Positions 56,591 to 64,000 of a stretch of 64,000 bases of DNA are shown piece by piece; the stretch's first letter is position 1; each line of letters starts with the position of its first letter. The notes below the pieces were generated by a model that was not told the DNA's origin, searched no databases, and saw only the letters and a list, made by a program, of their open reading frames with translations. The position numbers and the translations under genes were made by a program. This stretch comes from an uncultured Candidatus Saccharibacteria bacterium. Lineage in GTDB: Bacteria; Patescibacteriota; JAQUNI01. The stretch lies in NCBI GenBank assembly GCA_964555185.1, contig CAZKRD010000003.1, forward strand, positions 83,943-147,942, read 5' to 3'.

Positions 56591-57232
56591 ATGAAAATCA
56601 AAAATAGAATCAGTGTTTCGAACATTAGAATTGCGGATTTCAAGAGCGGCAAATTCAGGAAACAATTGCCGGAGCTTTATGAATTAAAAAAGGTCATTGA
56701 AAACAATAGCTGGCATAACAATGATCCTGTCTTTGATCATACAATCGCTACTTTGGAAGAGCTTGATGGATTGTTGAAAAAAGCAAAAGGTAAAATTAAT
56801 TCGCGTCTCAATCAAAAAGTAGATCAACACACAAGAAAAGAATTGTTATTCTTGAGTGCGCTTTTTCATGACATTGCTAAAAAAGAGACTTACGTTTTAG
56901 AAGAAGATGATCAAACCTCTTGCTTAAATCATGAAAAGACTGGCGCTTGTAAAGCAAAGAAGATTCTAGAGAGATTTGATTTATCAGACAAAGAAAAAGA
57001 GATTGTGGTTAAGATTATTAAGTATCATGGCGAGATTCATGTTATACTAGATATAGGTAATGAGAATTTAGAGGGGGATTACGAAGCATTAAAGGCTAAA
57101 CATTCTGATATTTTTCTGGAGTTGATTCTGCTCGCAACAGCAGATACCCTAGCCAGTCAATTGAAAGACAACAATCCCGAAAAGTTTAACTATAGAATGG
57201 ACTTTTACCATAATATTTATGAAAACTTCTAA
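56591..57232 (+). CDS. HD-domain phosphohydrolase
   Basis: The H...HD metal motif reads VFDHT...LSALFHDIAKKETY, with a downstream LLATADTLAS Asp. Length is 213 aa. Confidence 0.6.
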   Translation: MKIKNRISVSNIRIADFKSGKFRKQLPELYELKKVIENNSWHNNDPVFDHTIATLEELDGLLKKAKGKINSRLNQKVDQHTRKELLFLSALFHDIAKKETYVLEEDDQTSCLNHEKTGACKAKKILERFDLSDKEKEIVVKIIKYHGEIHVILDIGNENLEGDYEALKAKHSDIFLELILLATADTLASQLKDNNPEKFNYRMDFYHNIYENF

Positions 57233-58478
57233 AAAAAGCTGGCTGCCGATTGTCGTTCTTGTGATTATTGTAGGCAGCATTATTGCCGGGATCTATCTTT
57301 GGCCAGGTAATTTTGACGAGAAAGCAGAGGTCATACAGAATGTCAGGTCTGCTGCTTTGGCAGACAGATACAAAGGTTATATTCTCTTAGACAGCGGAGA
57401 CCAAAATAAAGCTTGGTACATCTATCCGGTCAATGGCAGGAGATATTTTTTAGGTCAGCCCGAGAGGGGTTTGCAAGCTATGCGTAAGCTAGGAGCGATT
57501 ATTGGCAGCGGTGAGCTTGCGAAATTGCCGATTGCGGACAGCGGCGAGCAAGGGGATTTAGCTTTGCGTCAAGCAAGAGCTGGTTTTGTTTTAAAGCACG
57601 GGGCAGACACCTGGTATTTGAACCCGAAAAATTTAAATCGCTATTATTTAAATAGTCCAGGAGATCTCTCTCACCTTATTTCCCGTTTTGGCGTCAGCGT
57701 CAAAACCAGTGATTTGGTTTTAATCCCTTTGGCCATGGAGAACAAAAGCGCCTACATTCGCAAGAACATTCAAACCAAGCGCGGTAGTTTTTTGATTGAT
57801 CTGGTTACGATTGATCTCTCTCAAAATAATATCGGGGTAGTAACCGCAACCGCGAGTAAAACTGATTGCTATAATAACTGTCCGGCAAGACCTTTAGCTG
57901 ATTTTGTTAAAGCTGCTAATGGCTTTGTCGGCATCCACGGCGCTTATTTCTGCCCACCCGATTATGCTTCTTGTCAGAGCAAGATTAATTACTACTTTTT
58001 TCCTTTCTATGAAGTCAGCAATGGATTTTTAGTCAATGCCGGCCAAGTGAAGTGGCTCCAGGGTTCGATTTTAGTTTTTGATCAGAACAACAATCATTAC
58101 TTTTTCGTTGACGGTCGTGATTTTAAAAGCGTTACTGACTTTGAATTGAAATACAATGCTAAGATTCAGGCTCTAGCTTCCAATTCCCCGGCTTTGATTG
58201 CTAATGGTCAGAACGTCGTCGCAACGCAGAAGATGGATGACAAACAGCGCTCGGTTAAAGGTTACCGAGGGGGGATTGGGGTCCGAGGCAAGGTTGTTTA
58301 TCTCGTGATTGCGCGGGGAGCAACCGTGCCGGACATGGCGAGTGTCATGGAGGCTTTGGGCGTGCAGACTGCCTTGAATCTAGACGGCGGCGGTTCTTCT
58401 GCTTTGTATTGGAAAGGCCAGTATAAGGTCGGTCCCGGCCGGCTTCTGCCCACCGCGATTATCTTTAAGGAAAAGTAA
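57219..58478 (+). CDS. Membrane-anchored secreted protein with a C-terminal phosphodiester glycosidase (NAGPA-like) domain
   Basis: The N-terminal TM is SWLPIVVLVIIVGSIIAGIYLW. The C-terminal ALNLDGGGSSALYW is the NAGPA-family signature. Confidence 0.55.
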   Translation: MKTSKKSWLPIVVLVIIVGSIIAGIYLWPGNFDEKAEVIQNVRSAALADRYKGYILLDSGDQNKAWYIYPVNGRRYFLGQPERGLQAMRKLGAIIGSGELAKLPIADSGEQGDLALRQARAGFVLKHGADTWYLNPKNLNRYYLNSPGDLSHLISRFGVSVKTSDLVLIPLAMENKSAYIRKNIQTKRGSFLIDLVTIDLSQNNIGVVTATASKTDCYNNCPARPLADFVKAANGFVGIHGAYFCPPDYASCQSKINYYFFPFYEVSNGFLVNAGQVKWLQGSILVFDQNNNHYFFVDGRDFKSVTDFELKYNAKIQALASNSPALIANGQNVVATQKMDDKQRSVKGYRGGIGVRGKVVYLVIARGATVPDMASVMEALGVQTALNLDGGGSSALYWKGQYKVGPGRLLPTAIIFKEK

Positions 58479-58541
58479 AATAGTTTAAAAAACAAAAACC
58501 CTCAAAACAAATTTTGAATCAGGGGTTTTTATTTTCAAAAG

Positions 58542-59372
58542 CTATAATTCCTCGATATATTGAGTAAATAAATTCATCAGGATTTTTGTATTTTTGCCCA
58601 CCTTGCTGTTTCCGATTTGAAGGTTGTTGATTTTAGTAACCGGCATTACTCTTTTTATCGTGGCGGTAATGAAGATTTCGTCTGCTTCTTTTAATTCTTT
58701 GATTCTAATTTTTCTTTCATTGACTTTAAATTTCTTGCGGGCAAGCTTTAAAACCAGATTGCGGGTCGTGCCGATTAAGATATCATCTTTGGGTGTGATT
58801 AAAGCATTATTTTTAAAAATAAAAAAATTGCTGGTTGAGCATTCCAAAACATTGCCTTTAGAGGTATAGAGAATTTCTTGGGCGCGGGCAAGATTCAGCT
58901 TGGGTTTGTTTTGGAGCAGGCAGGTATAGTTTAAGGTTTTGGCGCGTGGATTATCTCTTTGGTATTCGGTAGTGATCAGTTTGATCCCTTTTGTGTAATA
59001 TTCTCGAGGAAAAGGATGAAGCGGCTCGGCTAAGATCAAGAAGCTTGGTTTCCCTCTGGGCGTTAAGCTGTCTTTGCCAACACCACCAGTCAAAACCAGG
59101 CGGATTGTTGCCTCGCGAAAGTTGTTTTTCTTAAGAAGTTTGTTAATTATTTCAGTTAGTTCTTTTTTTGATTTAGGTAACGGGAGATTGAGCAGTTTTG
59201 CTGAATTTTGAAAGCGCTGCAAGTGTTCTTTGAGCAGGAATGGCTTGCCGGCAAAAGTGCGGAGAAAATCAAAAATTCCGTACCCGCGTAAAAACCCTAA
59301 GTCATTAGGGCTTAGGCGAACGTTCTTTGCTTCCGTGATTTTGTTTTGGAAGAAATAATATTTTTTAGCCAT
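58542..59372 (-). CDS. Class IV (fold-type IV) PLP aminotransferase (branched-chain/D-amino-acid aminotransferase or ADC lyase family)
   Basis: LRGYGIFDFLRTFAGKPFLLKEHLQRFQNSAKLL is typical of class IV aminotransferases. Length is 276 aa. Confidence 0.65.
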   Translation of the reverse strand: MAKKYYFFQNKITEAKNVRLSPNDLGFLRGYGIFDFLRTFAGKPFLLKEHLQRFQNSAKLLNLPLPKSKKELTEIINKLLKKNNFREATIRLVLTGGVGKDSLTPRGKPSFLILAEPLHPFPREYYTKGIKLITTEYQRDNPRAKTLNYTCLLQNKPKLNLARAQEILYTSKGNVLECSTSNFFIFKNNALITPKDDILIGTTRNLVLKLARKKFKVNERKIRIKELKEADEIFITATIKRVMPVTKINNLQIGNSKVGKNTKILMNLFTQYIEEL

Positions 59373-59469
59373 GAATACTTTATTCTACCACCCTTTATTT
59401 TATCTGCAAACTTGTTTATAATTTAAAGACAAAGTAAAGTTCAAAATTCCAGTTTCAAAATTTCAACTT

Positions 59470-61257
59470 ATGAACGAAGTCGAAGAGATAAAAAATCGTC
59501 TTAATATCGCGGATGTTATTTCAGAATACATTCAACTGACTCAAGCAGGGGTGAATTACAAGGCCCGTTGTCCTTTTCATGATGAAAAAACACCCTCCTT
59601 TTTTGTTGCTCCAGATAAACAGATTTGGCATTGTTTCGGTTCTTGTGATGAAGGAGGGGACATTTTTACCTTTGTCCAGAAAATGGAAGGGATTGAATTC
59701 AGAGAGGCCTTGAAGATACTGGCGGATCGAGCGGGCGTGAAGTTGACCCCCCGTAATCCGCAGGCAGAGTCTAAAAAGAATCGCCTGCTCGAAGTCTGTG
59801 ATTGGGCAGCCAGGTTCTTCCATCAAGCCCTTCTCCGTTCCAAAGAGGCCCAGATCGCCCGCGACTATTTGGCCTCGCGTAAGGTAGAAAAGAAATCAAT
59901 CGAAGAATTTATTTTAGGTTATTCGCCTAATTCCTGGGATCTTTTAAGTCGGTTTTTGCGGAAAAGAGGTTACCATGATTTAGAGATCGCGCAAGCCGGA
60001 CTTTCGGTTCAAAAGAACCAGGGTAAATTTTATGACCGCTTCCGCGGCCGCTTGATTTTTCCGATTAACAACATCCACGGCCAGACCTTGGGCTTTGGCG
60101 CGCGGGTTTTGGACGAACAACGCGATCCTTTGGGCAAATACATCAATTCCCCTCAAAGTTTAATTTATGATAAAAGTGGAGTGCTTTATGGTTTGGATCG
60201 GGCCAAGAATGAGATCAAGAAGCGAGGTTTCTGCATTGCGGTTGAAGGCTATTTGGACGTGATTACTTCGCATGCCATTAGCATTCGCAATGTAATCAGC
60301 GTGTCCGGCACAGCCTTAACCCTAAGACAGATAGGTTTGATCAAACGCTACGGCAAGAACCTCGCTCTTTCTTTTGACGCGGATTCAGCCGGGTTCCAGG
60401 CCGCGAAAAAAGGGATTGACAATGCGATCGCCACCGGTATGAACGTAAAGGTTATTGTCTTGCCCCCTGGTGAAGATCCGGATTCTTTGATTAAAAAAGG
60501 CCCCAAACTCTGGCGAGCAGCGATTAAGCGAGCCCAGTCCGTGATGGATTTTTACTTTAACCGCGCCTTTGGCGACCATAACTCTAAAGAATTAGAAGGA
60601 AAAAAATTGATTGCCGCTGAGCTCCTGCCTGTGATCAAAAAAATACCAGACGACATTGAACAAGCGCATTATTTGCAGGAGCTCTCTAGCAAGATTGAAA
60701 TGAAGGAAGAAATTTTGCGTAAAGCAATGGACAAGGTTAGTTTTGACCAAAGACCCAAAACACAAGAGACAGAAGAGTCTCCCCAAGGCGTGGATTCTGG
60801 TTTATCTCTGGAAGAAGTCTTGGGCCGTCGTATTTTGGGTTTGGGCTTGAGGTATCCCCGCTTTCTAGGTCAGATTTTAAAAGGAGTAAAGACAACGATT
60901 CTTCCATCTTATCTCCAGGAGATTTACAGGATCTTAAAAAAATATTATAATAAAGATGAAGCTTTTGTTTTCAGTGATTTTAAGCGGAAAATAGAATCTT
61001 CGCATCCTAGTTTAGCCTCTAAAATAGATGTGGCTGTTTTGGGTGTTGAGAAAGATTTTGAGCAAGAAACAGAGGAAAGTGTGATTTCAGAAGAGCTGGA
61101 AGCTAACTTGAAACGTTTGCAAAAAGAATATTTGCAGAAAGAGTTAAAAGAGCTTGAGATTGAAATCAAAAAAGCAGAAGATGAAGGGAATAGAGCGACA
61201 TTGAAAGAATTAACAGAGAGATTTTCCTCTCTAACCCAGGGGCTTGCAGGACTGTAA
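59470..61257 (+). CDS. dnaG: DNA primase
   Basis: The CHC2 zinc finger is CPFHDEKTPSFFVAPDKQIWHCFGSC. A Toprim domain is present (EGYLDVIT, DAD). The gene is upstream of rpoD in the conserved operon. Confidence 0.9.
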   Translation: MNEVEEIKNRLNIADVISEYIQLTQAGVNYKARCPFHDEKTPSFFVAPDKQIWHCFGSCDEGGDIFTFVQKMEGIEFREALKILADRAGVKLTPRNPQAESKKNRLLEVCDWAARFFHQALLRSKEAQIARDYLASRKVEKKSIEEFILGYSPNSWDLLSRFLRKRGYHDLEIAQAGLSVQKNQGKFYDRFRGRLIFPINNIHGQTLGFGARVLDEQRDPLGKYINSPQSLIYDKSGVLYGLDRAKNEIKKRGFCIAVEGYLDVITSHAISIRNVISVSGTALTLRQIGLIKRYGKNLALSFDADSAGFQAAKKGIDNAIATGMNVKVIVLPPGEDPDSLIKKGPKLWRAAIKRAQSVMDFYFNRAFGDHNSKELEGKKLIAAELLPVIKKIPDDIEQAHYLQELSSKIEMKEEILRKAMDKVSFDQRPKTQETEESPQGVDSGLSLEEVLGRRILGLGLRYPRFLGQILKGVKTTILPSYLQEIYRILKKYYNKDEAFVFSDFKRKIESSHPSLASKIDVAVLGVEKDFEQETEESVISEELEANLKRLQKEYLQKELKELEIEIKKAEDEGNRATLKELTERFSSLTQGLAGL

Positions 61258-61282
61258 TTTTTTAATTTACTAGACTTACACT

Positions 61283-62713
61283 GTGACACGCAAAAAGAAC
61301 AAAACAAAAAGAGGCAAGCCCGCCTTGCCCGCAAAGCGAGGCAGGCCGCGTAAAAAACCCCGGCGCAAGACTGTCCCAAGGAAAACGGTTAAAGCCCGCC
61401 GCAGAAAAGAAACTGTCAAAAGGAAACCAAAGACCACTCGGAAAACCACACGCCGTAGAAAGTCTGCTATTCGCAAGACTGTTCGCAAGAAAGGCAAAAC
61501 CCGCGCTTATGCCAGTAAGAGCAAGAAAAGAACTCCTCGTCGCAAAAAAGCAGCAAGGAGATATAGGTCCGCCTTGCCCGCAAAGCGAGGCAGGCGTCCG
61601 CGAATAAGCAAAAAATCCAAACCCAAGCCAAAAGTATACAAGCTTAAGTATCTTTTCAAGAAAGGAAAGCAGCAGGGTTTTATTACCGAGAATGAACTCC
61701 TTGCCGCCATCCCTGAAATAGAGGAACAGGGTGAGGTTTTAGATCAGTTTTTAAGTGAATTAGACAGAGAAGGGATTGGGCTCCAAGAGACGAGCAGAGA
61801 CCTGATTAAGATCGAGACTAAAGCCGAGGGAATGAAAAAGCGTTCAAAAGAGGAGGAAATTTTTGCAAGAACTTTGGATCTTGGGGATATTTCTTCGGAT
61901 TCAGTCCAGATGTATTTGCGGGAGATTGGCAAGGTCCCTCTTTTGACCGGAGAGCAAGAGGTTGATTTAGCAAAGCGGCAGGAGAAGGGCGAACGGGAAG
62001 CAAAGAAACAACTGATTGAGGCCAACCTTCGTTTAGTGGTTTCCGTGGCCAAGAAATACGCCGGCCGTTCTCTTTCTCTTCTGGATTTGATTCAAGAAGG
62101 AAACATCGGTCTTTTTCGTGCTGTAGAGAAGTTTGATTACCGCCGGGGTTATAAATTTTCTACTTACGCGACTTGGTGGATCCGCCAGGCAATCACGAGA
62201 GCGTTAGCAGATCAGTCACGCACAATCCGAATCCCGGTTCATATGGTGGAGACGATCAACAAATTCACCCAGACTGAGCGGCGGCTGGTTCAGGACTTGG
62301 GCCGCGAGCCGATGCCGGAAGAGATCGCCGCCGAGATGGGGATCCCCTTGGAAAAGGTCCGCCAGATTTTGAAAGTTTCCCAAGAGACTGTTTCTTTAGA
62401 GACCACAGTAGGAGAAGATGATGAGGATTCCACCTTGGGTGATTTTATTGAAGACCAAAAGACACCCACGCCAGACCGCTTAGCCAGCCGTGAGCTTTTA
62501 AGGAATCATATCCAGGATGTAATTGGCGATCTGAACCCTCGGGAACAAAAGATTTTGAGTATGCGCTTTGGTTTGGCTGATGGTATTTCTCGTACCCTTG
62601 AAGAAGTAGGGAGGGAATTCGGCGTTACCCGTGAGCGGATCCGCCAGATTGAAGCCAAGGCCCTAGAAAAAATCCGAGACCATCATTTGGTGAAGAGATT
62701 GAAGGATTATTAA
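61283..62713 (+). CDS. rpoD: RNA polymerase sigma factor RpoD with a 115-aa extremely basic N-terminal extension carrying two AT-hook motifs
   Basis: Regions 2-4 are present ([61 protein letters not shown], ...[20 protein letters not shown]). The N-terminus has [11 protein letters not shown] and [13 protein letters not shown]. Confidence 0.9.
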   Translation: MTRKKNKTKRGKPALPAKRGRPRKKPRRKTVPRKTVKARRRKETVKRKPKTTRKTTRRRKSAIRKTVRKKGKTRAYASKSKKRTPRRKKAARRYRSALPAKRGRRPRISKKSKPKPKVYKLKYLFKKGKQQGFITENELLAAIPEIEEQGEVLDQFLSELDREGIGLQETSRDLIKIETKAEGMKKRSKEEEIFARTLDLGDISSDSVQMYLREIGKVPLLTGEQEVDLAKRQEKGEREAKKQLIEANLRLVVSVAKKYAGRSLSLLDLIQEGNIGLFRAVEKFDYRRGYKFSTYATWWIRQAITRALADQSRTIRIPVHMVETINKFTQTERRLVQDLGREPMPEEIAAEMGIPLEKVRQILKVSQETVSLETTVGEDDEDSTLGDFIEDQKTPTPDRLASRELLRNHIQDVIGDLNPREQKILSMRFGLADGISRTLEEVGREFGVTRERIRQIEAKALEKIRDHHLVKRLKDY

Positions 62714-62745
62714 TGTTTGAATTTAGAATTTTGAATTTAGAATTT
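62709..62745 (+). repeat. AT-rich tandem repeat (gaatttagaatttt x about 2.4)
   Basis: Read directly from the sequence. Confidence 0.6.
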
Positions 62746-62789
62746 TGAATTCTGTATTTAATATTTTTTTATATTTTAGGTTTCAACAA

Positions 62790-62864
62790 TCCGGGGTAGC
62801 TCAATGGTAGAGCAATTGACTGTTAATCAATTTGTTGTCGGTTCGAGTCCGACCCCCGGAGCCA
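62790..62864 (+). tRNA. tRNA-Asn (anticodon GTT) with encoded CCA
   Basis: The acceptor is TCCGGGG/CCCCGGA. The anticodon loop is CTGTTAA. The T-arm is GTCGGTTCGAGTCCGAC and the 3' end is GCCA. Confidence 0.85.
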
Positions 62865-62896
62865 ATAAAATAATCGCATAAACAAGCGGTTATTTT

Positions 62897-62922
62897 TGGT
62901 TACCCTGAATCGGATTCGAACC
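62897..62922 (-). other. Orphan tRNA 3'-end fragment (T-arm plus acceptor plus CCA, about 26 nt) with no tRNA body
   Basis: The reverse complement reads GGTTCGAATCCGATTCAGGGTAACCA. Upstream flanking sequence is pure AT, so no D-arm or anticodon arm exists. Confidence 0.4.
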
Positions 62923-63074
62923 TTTTAATTTATTTAATCAAAATAATCTGCTATAATTAAAGCAGGTTTTATTGTAATTAAGACTAGGCCCAGAAAAGGT
63001 TCCTGGCACCTTTTTCTATAATCAGTCTATGATGGTTATAGTGCGTCAATAATTGATAATAATTCAGAAATTCT

Positions 63075-63959
63075 ATGCAACGCCATCTTTTATATGTAGA
63101 TGAATCTGGTTTTGGAAACCTTGCTGACAGCCGTCAGAATCTGTTGTTGACAGGTCTTATTGTTGAAGAAAAAGAGGATTCTGAAATATCAGCATATTTT
63201 AATTACATAAAAAAAATCTACAAAATCGTTGAGGGCACTACCTTTCATTCTTATGATTTGTTTGAAAATCCAAAATCAAAATTATATCTTACACCTAAGA
63301 AAGCATTAAAGCTTGTGGCATCTTTGATTGAATTTATAAAAATTATTCCTATCAAGGTCTCTATACGTTACTTGGACAAAAAAAGACTTAGAGATTTTTT
63401 TAAAATGAAAGATGGTGAAAATAGATACTTCACTGGTAGTGAAGAAGCAGAGAGATGGAAAGATATTCCTTACGAGGTTCTCGCATCAAAAATATTTTTT
63501 TGGTTTGCCGATTATGTCGCTTCAGATAAAAAGTCTCGTGGCTCAATAGTAGCCGAATCAAGAAAGGAATCTGACCACGCATTACTTAGGTCATATTTAA
63601 GATGTAAAACACCGTCTCAATATAATTCTCAAAATATGAGAAAGTGTTCAGAAAAGATGCAAAGAGTGGTAAGCTCAATTAGATTTGAAGGAAAGATTGG
63701 ATGTCGGCCAGGATTAGAAATCGTGGATCTATTTTCTTATGTCGCTTATCAGTCGATTACAAATAAATTAAGGACTAAGCACTTCAAGGAAAGAAATTTT
63801 GCTAGCTTGTGGAGAGCAATAAAGAGTAAGATTGATAATAAAAAAATAAGTGAGGCTAATAACCGCACTTTTAAAACTTACCTTTTTTCGCGTAGAGTTT
63901 ACAAGATATCCAATAAGGTCAAGATGGTCAATAATCCAGAATCATTGGAAACCTTGTGA
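63075..63959 (+). CDS. DUF3800-family protein
   Basis: The N-terminal LLYVDESG is the DUF3800 hallmark motif. The gene is very AT-rich and sits downstream of tRNA-Asn. Confidence 0.55.
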   Translation: MQRHLLYVDESGFGNLADSRQNLLLTGLIVEEKEDSEISAYFNYIKKIYKIVEGTTFHSYDLFENPKSKLYLTPKKALKLVASLIEFIKIIPIKVSIRYLDKKRLRDFFKMKDGENRYFTGSEEAERWKDIPYEVLASKIFFWFADYVASDKKSRGSIVAESRKESDHALLRSYLRCKTPSQYNSQNMRKCSEKMQRVVSSIRFEGKIGCRPGLEIVDLFSYVAYQSITNKLRTKHFKERNFASLWRAIKSKIDNKKISEANNRTFKTYLFSRRVYKISNKVKMVNNPESLETL

Positions 63960-64000
63960 ACCCCACCCGAAGGTGGATGTCCACTATTTTTATTATAGCA

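Overview
This 64-kb window reads as a low-GC, AT-rich bacterial chromosome segment with very AT-rich intergenic spacers and mostly SD-less genes. K/R-rich N- or C-terminal extensions on housekeeping proteins suggest a small-genome uncultivated bacterium (CPR/Patescibacteria-like); that placement is inference. Nucleotides 1-29100 and 53700-63000 are housekeeping genes: rpoC (3' end), ftsK, pyrG, a RodZ-like protein, recA, efp, the rpsF-ssb-rpsR operon, ychF, a phosphohexomutase, a sugar nucleotidyltransferase, trpS, RNase J, tRNA-Leu, secG, uvrC, uvrA, groES-groEL behind a CIRCE-like element, pyk, tRNA-Ser, dnaG-rpoD and tRNA-Asn. Nucleotides 29200-53600 are a roughly 24-kb glycan-biosynthesis island. 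It carries fcl, a plant-type GDP-mannose 3,5-epimerase, a nucleotide-sugar dehydrogenase, about 12 GT1/GT2 glycosyltransferases, three methyltransferases, a Wzx-like flippase, a GtrB-like GT2 with a small membrane partner, and a large GT-C-like membrane protein. A B12-binding radical SAM and a SPASM radical SAM enzyme head its 12-kb minus-strand operon. Observations worth a second look: (1) perfect 41-bp inverted repeats bracketing a 1.6-kb segment that holds trpS and a small SD-driven Cys-rich ORF; (2) a roughly 50-bp palindromic MITE-like element at three loci, one an in-frame head-to-head dimer inside a GT1 gene; (3) a cluster of tiny Cys-rich ORFs with near-perfect SD sequences downstream of pyk, one SD a 13-nt complement of the 16S anti-SD; (4) a 68-bp tandem repeat upstream of recA; (5) a REP-like GC-rich palindrome family in the AT-rich spacers; (6) AT-hook extensions on FtsK and RpoD; (7) a DUF3800 gene and a tRNA fragment downstream of tRNA-Asn. 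I found no CRISPR array, cas genes, integrase or transposase in the window.
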